A stretch of DNA of 64,000 nt from a virus (lineage: Duplodnaviria; Caudoviricetes). Of the stretch, positions 8,894-18,694 are shown piece after piece. The notes under the pieces are model-generated. The model was not told the origin of the DNA and ran no database searches. It was given only the letters and a program-made list of their open reading frames with translations. Made by a program: the position numbers and the translations under genes. Location of the stretch: positions 7,836 to 71,835 of the IMG/VR virus record IMGVR_UViG_3300044655_001269; one strand, 5' to 3'. Within the stretch, counting starts at the first letter, position 1. The number at the start of each line of letters is the position of its first letter.

Positions 8894-9214
8894 ATGAACG
8901 CGAATAATCAAAACTTAACCTACGTTGTAAACTTTGTTGTAGAAGTACCTGCTGATTTATGGGACAATGTAGAATTGTCTTTTAATCTAGGCGATTGGTC
9001 GTTCTATGATGCTGATGCAATCAGTGAAACAGACGGTATCGTAACCGCGTCAATCAAACTCGAATCATCGTCATTTTGGTCGAATGTAGAACGTGCTAAA
9101 GCCGCTTATGACGATGCCAGCGAATCCTTTGCTAATCCTAGCATTGCGTTTGGTGATTACAAGGCAATCGAAACAAAATCAGAATTGTACACAATACGCG
9201 AGTACGGTATCTAA
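8894..9214 (+). CDS. Hypothetical acidic protein (start MNANNQ)
   Basis: TTGACA..TAGAAT promoter, AGGA SD. Confidence 0.7.
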   Translation: MNANNQNLTYVVNFVVEVPADLWDNVELSFNLGDWSFYDADAISETDGIVTASIKLESSSFWSNVERAKAAYDDASESFANPSIAFGDYKAIETKSELYTIREYGI

Positions 9215-9382
9215 GCTCGAACGAGCTGTGACGGGCGTTAAATCAGCATAAAACGCCCGTTACCCGCTGTAATGATATACGCCTATACGCGTATAATGCG
9301 TTATGCAAAAATAAATTTGACATGGTAGCAACAAACCGTTAAACTATACCCACCTTAACAAAAGCACTACAGGATTCAAACC

Positions 9383-10117
9383 ATGTTTAATTATTCATTT
9401 ACAGCGGTATCACAAAATTCAAAAACAGGTAACATTGCAGTTACTAGCACGTCAAGTGATTCATGCCCTACTTCATGCCCTTTCATTAAAACCGTTATCG
9501 TAGACGCGGTTAAAATGCAATTAAACGGGTGTTATGCTGATTATAGCTATACTGGTATAGCATGGCGTAAATTGGATAAAAAAGGCTTAGACTTTAAAGC
9601 CTTGTTATCTAACATTCGTCATATGGATAAAGGCGCAAAATTGCGTATAAATGTTATGGGTGATTTACCGCACGAAAATCAAGTAATTGACACAACAAAA
9701 TTGAATCAATTAGCCGATACCGTAGCCGTTAGAAAACTAAACACAATTCTTTACAGTCATCATGATTTAACCATTGAAAGCAATTTAATTGCTTTTCAAT
9801 CAGCATTTAAACAAGGTTTACACGTCAATGCTTCATGTGAAAGCATTGAACAAGCAAAAACGGCTTTAGATAATGGCATTAACGCGGTTTTAGTTATGCC
9901 ATTGAATAGCCCTAAAGTACAAAAGATTGATGACGTTAAAGTCGTGCAATGCCCTAATGAATATAATGAAAAAATACAGTGCATTAACTGTATGTTATGC
10001 GCAAAGGATAGAACGCAAAACCGCGTCATTATTGGATTTACAGCGCATGGAACGGGCAAAACGAAAGTATCTAAAGCCGTAATTGATGCTAATAGAAAAT
10101 ATCAAACTAAAGCCTAA
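9383..10117 (+). CDS. Gp88-like Cys-rich (radical-SAM-like, Fe-S) protein
   Basis: CPxxCP...GCYA, R....GD, YSH, CP...CxxCxxC...F.AHG motifs. Confidence 0.6.
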   Translation: MFNYSFTAVSQNSKTGNIAVTSTSSDSCPTSCPFIKTVIVDAVKMQLNGCYADYSYTGIAWRKLDKKGLDFKALLSNIRHMDKGAKLRINVMGDLPHENQVIDTTKLNQLADTVAVRKLNTILYSHHDLTIESNLIAFQSAFKQGLHVNASCESIEQAKTALDNGINAVLVMPLNSPKVQKIDDVKVVQCPNEYNEKIQCINCMLCAKDRTQNRVIIGFTAHGTGKTKVSKAVIDANRKYQTKA

Positions 10118-10265
10118 ACCGCGTGAATACTGGTATTCAATGGATTGAATACCAGCTCGCTCAAAATAATTTGACATTGCCGTGAATTGCTGTAGAATAT
10201 GCCACAAGTTAAGCAAAACGCTTAACGGGCAAAATCACTTAATCACTAAAAATAGGTAACTTATC

Positions 10266-10832
10266 ATGAAAGCAATCATCGAAACAGTAAAATCTTTAAT
10301 CGCTAATGGTAGCACGTTTGCTAGCATTGAATACACTACGCAAGTTAAAACTAGTGCTAAATTCAAAGATATTAAAATCATGAAACAGTCTAAAGCCAAT
10401 GTAACGCTATTCGGTACACTCAAAGATTTTGAAGTTTATCAACGTGCCGTGATTAAATCAGCAAACAAAATTGACGGGCAATCAATCAATAATTTTGAAG
10501 TAAGCGATACATATTTTGAACATGATAAAACTTGCTTTTCAATCGTTAATCATAAAACTAATGGCACGGCTTACCTGTACGCTATCTTTAACAATGCCAG
10601 TAAATCAGTCTATACAATAGACGGTATTGAAGTGGATAAAATCACGGTATCACAATACTTAACAAACAGTGAAAAAGATAAACTGTTAGGCGATAATTCA
10701 ATAGTCTACAATAAAACCAATGACGTTATTCATTCTACCATTGTTCGTACTATCAAAATCGAAAACATTACAGCGATTAAAGCAAACAAAATGACGTTAG
10801 AATTGAACGCTAAAACCGCGTTACACGCCTAA
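10266..10832 (+). CDS. Hypothetical protein
   Basis: Own TTGACA/TAGAAT promoter; 188-aa ORF. Confidence 0.75.
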   Translation: MKAIIETVKSLIANGSTFASIEYTTQVKTSAKFKDIKIMKQSKANVTLFGTLKDFEVYQRAVIKSANKIDGQSINNFEVSDTYFEHDKTCFSIVNHKTNGTAYLYAIFNNASKSVYTIDGIEVDKITVSQYLTNSEKDKLLGDNSIVYNKTNDVIHSTIVRTIKIENITAIKANKMTLELNAKTALHA

Positions 10833-11259
10833 ACCGCATAGACTGATAGACTGGTATTACTTATCAGTCTATCACGCCTTAAACGGCAATTATGAACGAT
10901 TTAAGCCTATACATTAAAACGGTATAGGCTACCAGTTAAAACAGATAACCACTAAAGGGTTAAACTCATAGACTTGACATAATGTCAAGTCTTTTTTATT
11001 GTAGAATATACTTGACAAGCACGGCAAAACGTGGTAGCAGGTCGTTCGGGCGAAAAAGGGCTATCACAGCTCGCGCAAAATGTCAAGCACTTTCGACTCG
11101 AAAATAAAAGAAAAAAAGGTTGACAAGGTGCAAAAAGGTGTGGTATAATATACGGGTGTATATACGGAGGCGGGGGTTGGAAAAGGGTACCCCCTATTTC
11201 ATAAGTACCTCCCCTGTATTTTTTACGCGGCTCGATTTTTGAGAAACCGTACCCTTTTT

Positions 11260-11765
11260 CGGGCCTGAACCCTAAAAGATAATTAACCTACTATAGACTC
11301 TACTATAGACTCTACTATAGACCTATCCTAAAAGATAATTAACCCACAATACCCGACCCCTGGCCCTTACAACCCTAGGCTTTACAATAGTTCTACAATA
11401 AATCTACAATAAATCAATTATCTTTTAGAATACAGAACCGCTGAGGCCTGAACCTTCTATACCCAATTGAATCAGACCCTGCCAACTGCTCTTGACAGTG
11501 TCGAGGGTGAACTTTACCATAAACTCTACAATCGACTTCACGGTAAACAATATAGAGTACCCTTAGTGGGTTTTGCATATTGGAGACCGTGGAAACCAAT
11601 GCACTCTACTGTAGAATCGATTCTGAAAAATTCTGGCCGCCCAGAAAATGCAGAGGCTGTACCTTTTACCATAAACTAGATTGGGCACGGCCTGAACCGC
11701 GCAGCATTATCTTTTAGGCCGTTCACGGCCGTGAAAATCAGAACAGCTGAGGCCTGAACCCTGCC
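11260..11765. repeat. Non-coding repeat cluster (possible origin or genome-end region)
   Basis: CTACTATAGAC(T) x3 tandem (11288-11322); GGCCTGAACC x4; four CTAAAAGATAAT sites; strand composition changes across it. Confidence 0.6.
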
Positions 11766-11867
11766 AATTGTCCGCCGGGATTGTGATGAAAAATAGAATT
11801 TTATCGTGTTTTAGGGTAGTAGGAGCGTGTTCATAAATACGACATAATTACAAACGAGAGAATAAGA

Positions 11868-12629
11868 ATGATACATTATCATGGTACCCCAGTTGGAGGT
11901 AGCAGGCAGGATGTTGCTAGGTTTTTAGTAGGACGACATGCGTTGATCCCATTTGGTCGTCAGGACGATGTAGGACCGGTGTTAGAGTTTTGTCAGACGT
12001 TTTGTTTAGACAACGGTGCATTTTCCCATTGGAAGAAGGGATCTGGTAGAATAGATTTTGATGCTTATTTGAATTGGGTACATACGTTGTATCGCCACCC
12101 TGGATTTGATTGGGCATTGATTCCAGATATCATTGATGGGACTGAGGCTGACAACAAAGCCTGGGTATTACAATGGATTAGAACGGGGACAAGGGCAAAG
12201 GGTGTTCCAGTTTGGCATTTGCATGAATCTTTAGAATATCTTGAGTGGTTAGTTGAGAATTTTGAGATTGTTGCATTGGGAAGTTCTGGTGAGTATGCCA
12301 CTCCAAATACTGATAAGTGGTGGGACAGAATGGATGAAGCGATGGCGGTTGCTTGTGATTCTCAAGGTAGGCCTAGGTGTAAACTGCATGGTTTGCGAAT
12401 GTTAAATACGGCAGTGTTTACCAAATTACCGTTATCGTCAGCTGACAGTACAAACGCTGCAGTGAACGCTGGGAGTTTGTCAAGGTTTGGTATGTACAAA
12501 CCAGCGACGTCAGCACAGCGTGCTGCTGTGATAGCCGATAGGATCGAATCGCACAATAGTTCTGCAGTTTGGACAGGAGCGGTTGGCGCGACAGGAAACA
12601 TGTTTGCAAACTTATTCACTATAGTTTGA
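11868..12629 (+). CDS. TGT/DpdA-like TIM-barrel protein (possible DNA base-exchange enzyme)
   Basis: LDNGAFS, PD.I, PVWH, LHGL and SADST motifs; TAAATA upstream. Confidence 0.55.
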   Translation: MIHYHGTPVGGSRQDVARFLVGRHALIPFGRQDDVGPVLEFCQTFCLDNGAFSHWKKGSGRIDFDAYLNWVHTLYRHPGFDWALIPDIIDGTEADNKAWVLQWIRTGTRAKGVPVWHLHESLEYLEWLVENFEIVALGSSGEYATPNTDKWWDRMDEAMAVACDSQGRPRCKLHGLRMLNTAVFTKLPLSSADSTNAAVNAGSLSRFGMYKPATSAQRAAVIADRIESHNSSAVWTGAVGATGNMFANLFTIV

Positions 12630-12857
12630 TTATCGTTATACGGTAGATACGGTTGTAGGAGCATGCTGGATGCTCATCTTTTAGTGTGCGTGGTGAAACA
12701 AGAAGAAAATACGGTGGAATTTAAAAGGGGGACTCGTCCCCCCTGCTGTTGCACAGGACTGCCGTCCTGCGCATATTAGACTGCTTTTTGACCAAATAAT
12801 ATCATGAACCAAACCACTGCTACTATCAGGAAGGTCTTGAATTGTTCGTCTGTCATA

Positions 12858-14051
12858 TTAATGAATGAGAAGATATGAATCGATAACATCTCTGCGATTT
12901 GCTGCTCTGTCACCTGCACCAGCTTGAACAATTACTCGCCATTTGGGTTCTGTACCTTTTGGGATTTTGAGCATTTCATCATAGGAAATAATTGTATCTA
13001 CATCAACGTTGAATCTTTTTGCCAATCTTTGTTTTAGCATATCCCAAGCAGCTGGTGATCTTAGTTGTGTTCTGTGTAGATTATCTTTAACTAATTTACC
13101 TTCATTATCTTTTAGTACTAGATCATCAAAAACATCTTTTGGAATAACCCTAGCGTGTTTGATGTGGTTACCTGCATCAATGTGTTTTTGAACTAATTCA
13201 GTAGATTTGTTAGCTGCACCATCACTGAAGTTGATGATGAAGTTATCAGGTGTATCTGAACTTGTTGCTACATTAGCTGATTTAGTATAAGCATAGAATT
13301 CAATGTTTGGAAATTGTTTTGCTAAATCAACTGCACGTTGGAAGTAATCCATACTGAAGAAGTCACCAGAATCATGCCATCTTACAATAATCTGTAGCTT
13401 CTTGGTAACTCTACCAGTACCAAGTGATGCTAAGTCTCTTGCTATTCTAGCAAAATAGCCATCTGGATCATTAACTAAGAAGTTGAGTGTTTTAGCTGCA
13501 TTCATACTACTAGCTGGGAATTGAACATATCCACCCTTTCTTGCAAAGCAATACTTCTGACAAACACCTGCAGCTGGACATGTATTCACTTCTACGAATT
13601 CATGTGTTTGTTCATCAACTACAATACCACTAAGTGCAGGTAGTGTAATATCATATAACTTTTCTTGACCTTTAATGATACTCGATTTCATCTTAGCATT
13701 TGAACTGATGAGTTGTCTAGGTCTAGTCATGATTTGTTGTGCTAGATCATTAAGATCCCATCTATCATTTGGGTCATCACTTTTAGTAGCAACCAAGTTA
13801 CTCCGATGAATGATTGGTTTCTTTTTATCTGTTAGTGTTTTGTTTCTATTGTGGATTCTATTAAGTCTACCTTGCATTACATCGGTTGGGATGGTTTTAG
13901 TTCTTGCATCACCAATTTTCAATGCTTCATCGACGTCATCTTCCGGTGCATCTGGAATAGCACCATATGATTTTGTAACTGGAAAACCACCCAAGGTTCT
14001 TTCAGTTAATTTGGGTTTTGCGTCTTCTAGTAGCAAATCACTCATTCTCAT
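12858..14051 (-). CDS. Gp88-family radical-SAM-like protein with MRMSDLLLE leader
   Basis: TCPAAGVCQKYCFARKG, RWHDSGDF, FYAYTK. Confidence 0.65.
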   Translation of the reverse strand: MRMSDLLLEDAKPKLTERTLGGFPVTKSYGAIPDAPEDDVDEALKIGDARTKTIPTDVMQGRLNRIHNRNKTLTDKKKPIIHRSNLVATKSDDPNDRWDLNDLAQQIMTRPRQLISSNAKMKSSIIKGQEKLYDITLPALSGIVVDEQTHEFVEVNTCPAAGVCQKYCFARKGGYVQFPASSMNAAKTLNFLVNDPDGYFARIARDLASLGTGRVTKKLQIIVRWHDSGDFFSMDYFQRAVDLAKQFPNIEFYAYTKSANVATSSDTPDNFIINFSDGAANKSTELVQKHIDAGNHIKHARVIPKDVFDDLVLKDNEGKLVKDNLHRTQLRSPAAWDMLKQRLAKRFNVDVDTIISYDEMLKIPKGTEPKWRVIVQAGAGDRAANRRDVIDSYLLIH

Positions 14052-14734
14052 TGTAAATTCTCCAAACTAAGTTCTTTATCTACTAACTCGTGAATCTTTG
14101 TGGTAAGTTCTTCGATCATACCTGTATTTCTTAGTATCTTGAAAACTAAGTTTTCAGTTGACCATTCGCCTGCTCTTTCTAATCCAGCCTTACGCATCTG
14201 TACAACTTTCTCTTTGATAGACTTTAGTTTTTCTAAGTCGTTTTCCATAAGAGCTTCTTCGATTCGTTCTACGATGTTATCTTTTTTGGCATGAACTGCC
14301 GCATCATCAATTGCAGGTTTTTGTTTCATTGGTTCAACTACCCATTCATCTTCTAATATAGAATACACACCGGTTGAGTAATGAACTTCTGCATTACCTT
14401 GAACATAAACTTCGACAGGGATGCCTTTGATTGTAATATTATGTTGATCACCCCAAACAGCTTTCTTGGCATTAAAGAGTTCTCTATCTTGTTCACTCGC
14501 AACGCCACTGATGATAAGATGTAAGTCGATATCAGAATGGGCATTCCAGGTGAAGTTGGCATTAGAGCCAGTGATAGTTAAATCGATGATGTTCAATTTT
14601 ACACCAATGAACTCATAGAAAGCATCGGCAATATCGATTAACTTATCTTTGATAACTGGATGTAAGTTACCGTCTTGGTCCCATAGTTTTGGGTTTAAGT
14701 TTTTGTTTACTGTTACTATTAATGGATCTTTCAT
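14048..14734 (-). CDS. Nucleotidyltransferase (Pol-beta superfamily)
   Basis: TGSNANF...SDIDLH motif and third acidic residue (VEVY). Confidence 0.75.
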   Translation of the reverse strand: MKDPLIVTVNKNLNPKLWDQDGNLHPVIKDKLIDIADAFYEFIGVKLNIIDLTITGSNANFTWNAHSDIDLHLIISGVASEQDRELFNAKKAVWGDQHNITIKGIPVEVYVQGNAEVHYSTGVYSILEDEWVVEPMKQKPAIDDAAVHAKKDNIVERIEEALMENDLEKLKSIKEKVVQMRKAGLERAGEWSTENLVFKILRNTGMIEELTTKIHELVDKELSLENLQ

Positions 14735-14736
14735 CT

Positions 14737-15102
14737 TTAAACACCGTACTTATTCTTCTTTGTTTTTGCCACTGGACTGAACTTGTCCGTATCTGGTCTT
14801 TCTTCACTACGATTTTTCGTAATGCGTTTTATTTTACCTGCATTTGATTGTTTAGCTGCAAAGTTAACCATCTCCAATTCTTCATCAGTATACGTACTGA
14901 TTAATGGATCACCAGCGATATCATTTGTAGCCTTTGTGGGATACTCAGGAGCTCCTGCTAATGCCAATCCCATGCGATAATGCTTGTACGCATCACCACC
15001 ATTGTTATTCGCTGCTGGAGTCGTTACAGCACCTTTGAGACTAGCTTTTGCATTTTTACTCAGTGGTGTGCTTGCTTCACTTAGGATTTCATGGATTCTC
15101 AT
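14737..15102 (-). CDS. Putative internal virion protein (MRIHEILSE leader)
   Basis: Shared N-terminal leader; late operon. Confidence 0.55.
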   Translation of the reverse strand: MRIHEILSEASTPLSKNAKASLKGAVTTPAANNNGGDAYKHYRMGLALAGAPEYPTKATNDIAGDPLISTYTDEELEMVNFAAKQSNAGKIKRITKNRSEERPDTDKFSPVAKTKKNKYGV

Positions 15103-16010
15103 TCTTCTTTTCCTAATACGGTATGTTTTAAATCATAGTCAAATGGTGGGTCGTTATTGGGATCATTATCTTTTAGATTATCGTATAGTACACGATTACT
15201 TAGTAATTCTACCCAAGTGCGTTGGTCAGGTCTATTCAATTCCCAGAAGTTAAACTCCATGTTACTTTGTACTGGACGTACAAACATGGTTTGTTCTTTG
15301 GGAATAATCATAATCTGACTAGTGGTACGCATCTTCTTGTCTTCAGTTGACGTTCTCAATGCGTTCATTTGACCATCATGGGTAAAGTCTTTAGTTAACC
15401 CATTTAAGATTTCTATTGGAGTTTTAGCTGTTAATGTTACGATCTCTGCAATGAGTTTACGGCATTCACTTGAGATTCTGCTTTTAGTTTGTGATTCATT
15501 AACACCACGTTGATAACCAGCATCTGGTAACCAGACACCGTGATTAGTTCTAACCACGGTTTGGTCTTTTGGAATCTCTTTAATGACGTGCCTGAACTTC
15601 TCTGCTTTATAACCACCTTTCTCCCAAGCACCTTCTAAAAGATAACAGGTCTCTTGGTTGAAAATGATAGTAGAACCAGTGAGTTTCAACTCGATAAGTT
15701 CCTTAGCTACGTCGTGTACGTTTGTTAACTCAAGTGCTTTCTTAATCTTAGCACCGTCTTTAGATGGTGTTCTAGTACGGATTTCAATTTCCTTTTCGTC
15801 ATCTAATACCATAAGACTAGCACTCAATACACCAATACCGTGAGAGTTCATCCCTTCACAATATTGCGTGACGTTATCCCAGAAGTAAAGAATCTCAACC
15901 CCTTTAGCAAGTTTCTTTTTGAAAGAAATTTCGGGTATGTAATTACGATCTCGGTTCTTAAAAGCAACCCAGCCGTGAGTTTCAAAATGTTTGGCTATAA
16001 CTATACACAT
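15099..16010 (-). CDS. Ntn-hydrolase (N-terminal Cys; peptidase C45/choloylglycine hydrolase-like)
   Basis: M-C start, KNRD, EGMN..G, RTNH motifs; TAAATA upstream. Confidence 0.65.
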   Translation of the reverse strand: MCIVIAKHFETHGWVAFKNRDRNYIPEISFKKKLAKGVEILYFWDNVTQYCEGMNSHGIGVLSASLMVLDDEKEIEIRTRTPSKDGAKIKKALELTNVHDVAKELIELKLTGSTIIFNQETCYLLEGAWEKGGYKAEKFRHVIKEIPKDQTVVRTNHGVWLPDAGYQRGVNESQTKSRISSECRKLIAEIVTLTAKTPIEILNGLTKDFTHDGQMNALRTSTEDKKMRTTSQIMIIPKEQTMFVRPVQSNMEFNFWELNRPDQRTWVELLSNRVLYDNLKDNDPNNDPPFDYDLKHTVLGKEE

Positions 16011-16028
16011 GAAACTATTTAGCCGAGA

Positions 16029-16265
16029 TTATGCCCACAATAACATATAGGTATTTGCCGTGGTTTTGTTATAAAACTCAGCAACTAACTTAACCTCATT
16101 ACCAACCATCTCTAGTACCATTTGGCAAGTTGATAGTGGTTGCTCTTCCAGCCATTTGATTTGGTCACTACCAACGGCTTTGTGTACATTAGGCCAATCG
16201 ATATCTATATTATCTTTTGGTTCTTCTGTCCACTTAAACAAGGTTTTCTTAAACTCAATATTCAT
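16029..16265 (-). CDS. Hypothetical protein
   Basis: Overlaps the helicase stop codon. Confidence 0.6.
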   Translation of the reverse strand: MNIEFKKTLFKWTEEPKDNIDIDWPNVHKAVGSDQIKWLEEQPLSTCQMVLEMVGNEVKLVAEFYNKTTANTYMLLWA

Positions 16266-17679
16266 CTTCTTCTGTCCCTAGGTTGTTAATAATAGAACGT
16301 AGTTTAGTTGACCCAACTTCAGTTCCTTTGCTGCTGATTACGGTTACTGGAATCGCATTCGCATTTTCCAAACTTGTTTTACGTTTGATGTTGTCGAGTA
16401 ATGACTCCGTAGAACTGGAAATTCGAATACCACTCGCTTCTTGTTCTGCTTCTGGTACATCTGATACCCGTAAACTTTCAATATTGAAATCTAAGTCTAT
16501 CTTTTGACCAACACCACTCGAGTTACGAGTTTTCATGAATTGTAGTTGATACCTACCACGCTCTCTCATTGCTCTCGATGTGAAGATACCGAATACGTTA
16601 TCAGCTGTTTGAATCTTACTGATACCACCGGAGATGTGACTATGATCAAACTCAACTTCTTCAACACTTGTACGATTTAACTGCGATGCGACTAGTGCAA
16701 CTACTTGTTTTTCAACGGCTAAATTTCTAATTTCTTCGGCAACATACTTATCCTTGATGAACAAGTTTTCTGCAGAAATCTTCTTACCGATTGGCATTAA
16801 CAAGTCCATGTAGTCAATTACAACAACGTCTGCGCGTAATCCAGTTTTAACTTCATACTCTTTTAGATAGCTACGAATATCATTAACTGTTTTTCCACTA
16901 GGGATATATTTGATTTGCAATGAACCAGATTTCTTACCAATCATCTTAACTTTCATCTCAACATCATCTAATTGCTTGAATACATCTCTAGTGCCAATAC
17001 CAGTAAGCATTGAATCAATACGCATACCGACTAACGGTTCGCTTAACTCCATGGTAATGTATATAACATTCAACCCTGCCATTGAAAAGTTCAAACTCAA
17101 GTTAGCAAGAAAAATCGATTTTCCACCCCCTGATTGCGCACAGAAGACTTCTAATTCACCTCTATTGAAACCACCATACAGCATCCTATCAAGCGAATCC
17201 CAACCAGTAGACACTTGGCCATTCTTATCTTTTAGTCCCATCAACCGAGTTCTCGGGTCTTCGTAATAATCAATACCCATATCACGTGCTAAACCAATCT
17301 GTACTGCTTCTTTGATAAGTGCTTCTACTGAACCATAATCATGTTGGTCTAAAAGATCAGCTGAAGCAATGATCGCACGTTCCAATGACTTATGTCGTAT
17401 GAATTGTTCGAACTCATCAATTAACCATGCGGTATGACCTTCTTTTAGTTCACTTGGTGGTTTTAAATTAGCACGGCATGAAGTATTAACCATATTGTAA
17501 TCTGGTAACACGGTATAACCTTTTACATATTCTAGGATGAATTCTGCAGCTGGTTGTAGTTTTTTATCAAATAATGAATGGTCAAAAATGCTTTGGCAAC
17601 GTACAAATGTTTCTGCATCAGATAACATTAGTTCTAGGTACATTTTCTGTACATCATAATCATAGTTCTTAATTGCCAT
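16255..17679 (-). CDS. gp41: Replicative DnaB-like helicase (T4 gp41-like)
   Basis: STGW..LD, Walker A QSGGGKS, IDYMDL, ASQLNR, MKTRN. Confidence 0.92.
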   Translation of the reverse strand: MAIKNYDYDVQKMYLELMLSDAETFVRCQSIFDHSLFDKKLQPAAEFILEYVKGYTVLPDYNMVNTSCRANLKPPSELKEGHTAWLIDEFEQFIRHKSLERAIIASADLLDQHDYGSVEALIKEAVQIGLARDMGIDYYEDPRTRLMGLKDKNGQVSTGWDSLDRMLYGGFNRGELEVFCAQSGGGKSIFLANLSLNFSMAGLNVIYITMELSEPLVGMRIDSMLTGIGTRDVFKQLDDVEMKVKMIGKKSGSLQIKYIPSGKTVNDIRSYLKEYEVKTGLRADVVVIDYMDLLMPIGKKISAENLFIKDKYVAEEIRNLAVEKQVVALVASQLNRTSVEEVEFDHSHISGGISKIQTADNVFGIFTSRAMRERGRYQLQFMKTRNSSGVGQKIDLDFNIESLRVSDVPEAEQEASGIRISSSTESLLDNIKRKTSLENANAIPVTVISSKGTEVGSTKLRSIINNLGTEEDEY

Positions 17680-18682
17680 GCAAACTCCGTATTTGTTGTT
17701 CTAAATGTTTCATTTTAATTCGAATTGTTGCTTCGTGTCTTTCAGCTGTTTTAATAACGTCAACTATAACAAACAACTTACCATAACGCAATACTGCATC
17801 TGCACAATCCTTTACATCCGGTTCCCATGTAGGAAATGCAACAGACCAACCGTACTCAATGGCTCGTTTAATAACTGCCAAGCCAGCCATGTCTTGGTCT
17901 GGTATCACGATGACTTCTTTACCTAACCGATTAATCATACGTGCTTGTTGATCTGCAATGTTATTTGTTAGTAACGCGACACCATTGATACTAAGTGCAT
18001 CAAATGGTCCTTCTGTTACCAACACATACCGATTCAATGGATCTTGTGCATCCAAATTGAACACGAAATGAGGGTGTTGTTCAGATAGATACTTAGGTCT
18101 ATTGTTGGTAATACGTCGTGCTGTATACCCAACGATTTTGGTATTATACCAGAATGGTAAGATAAGTCTATCAAAAAATGCAGGATTTGGACTCCAGTAG
18201 AACGTATCGCTCATTGGATCTAGTCCACGAGATAGCACGTATTCCACTACACCTAAAAGATGATTGGATCTACTGTCATCTAAATCTGGAATAGCAATCC
18301 ATTCAGTTAACGGAAGAGAACCTTCTGGTAAGTCTTTTTCAGAAAAGGTAACTAAGCTGTTCTCATCTGGTTCATAGTCGGGCGATTCTGCTTTGAGAGA
18401 TTCAAATACAATTCGTTTGATTTCGGCGTCACTTGCTCCTAGCCAAGCGCACAGGCGTTTCATGTTATCGGATATAGGACGGCCTGGTTGCCACCCTGCA
18501 GTGAATTTGCAATTAAAGCAATTGAACACAATTCCTGGACCTAGCATAACTCCAGCGCGTTTACGAGTATCTCGGTTGTGACCAAGATGCTGGCAGCAAG
18601 GGCAGTTGAAACTCTGCCATTTGCTAGCGCTGGATTTAAGTGGTGGAAGTAGTTCTCTAAAGGTATCTATTACGTAGTTCAT
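17669..18682 (-). CDS. gp61: DNA primase (T4 gp61-like)
   Basis: Zn ribbon CPCC...CFNC, GYTAR, KYL, TOPRIM EGPFDA, PDQD.AG. Confidence 0.9.
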   Translation of the reverse strand: MNYVIDTFRELLPPLKSSASKWQSFNCPCCQHLGHNRDTRKRAGVMLGPGIVFNCFNCKFTAGWQPGRPISDNMKRLCAWLGASDAEIKRIVFESLKAESPDYEPDENSLVTFSEKDLPEGSLPLTEWIAIPDLDDSRSNHLLGVVEYVLSRGLDPMSDTFYWSPNPAFFDRLILPFWYNTKIVGYTARRITNNRPKYLSEQHPHFVFNLDAQDPLNRYVLVTEGPFDALSINGVALLTNNIADQQARMINRLGKEVIVIPDQDMAGLAVIKRAIEYGWSVAFPTWEPDVKDCADAVLRYGKLFVIVDVIKTAERHEATIRIKMKHLEQQIRSLHGN

Positions 18683-18694
18683 GGTTAGATGATA

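Larger units (their letters stand above)
1405..9380 (+). repeat. Dispersed early-gene cassette repeat: TTGACA-N17-(TATACT/TAGAAT/TAGACT/TAAACT)-ACCCACCTTAACAAA-GCACTAC-(A/G)GGA
   Basis: Near-identical promoter plus leader before most small ORFs. GCACTAC at 1451, 1939, 3213, 3479, 3744, 4503, 5406, 5671, 5997, 7029, 7297, 7625, 8046, 8493, 9364. Confidence 0.9.

Noticed and set aside
11414-11679. ORFs 11414..11599 and 11467..11679
   Set aside because: No SD, lie within the repeat region, no recognisable motifs.
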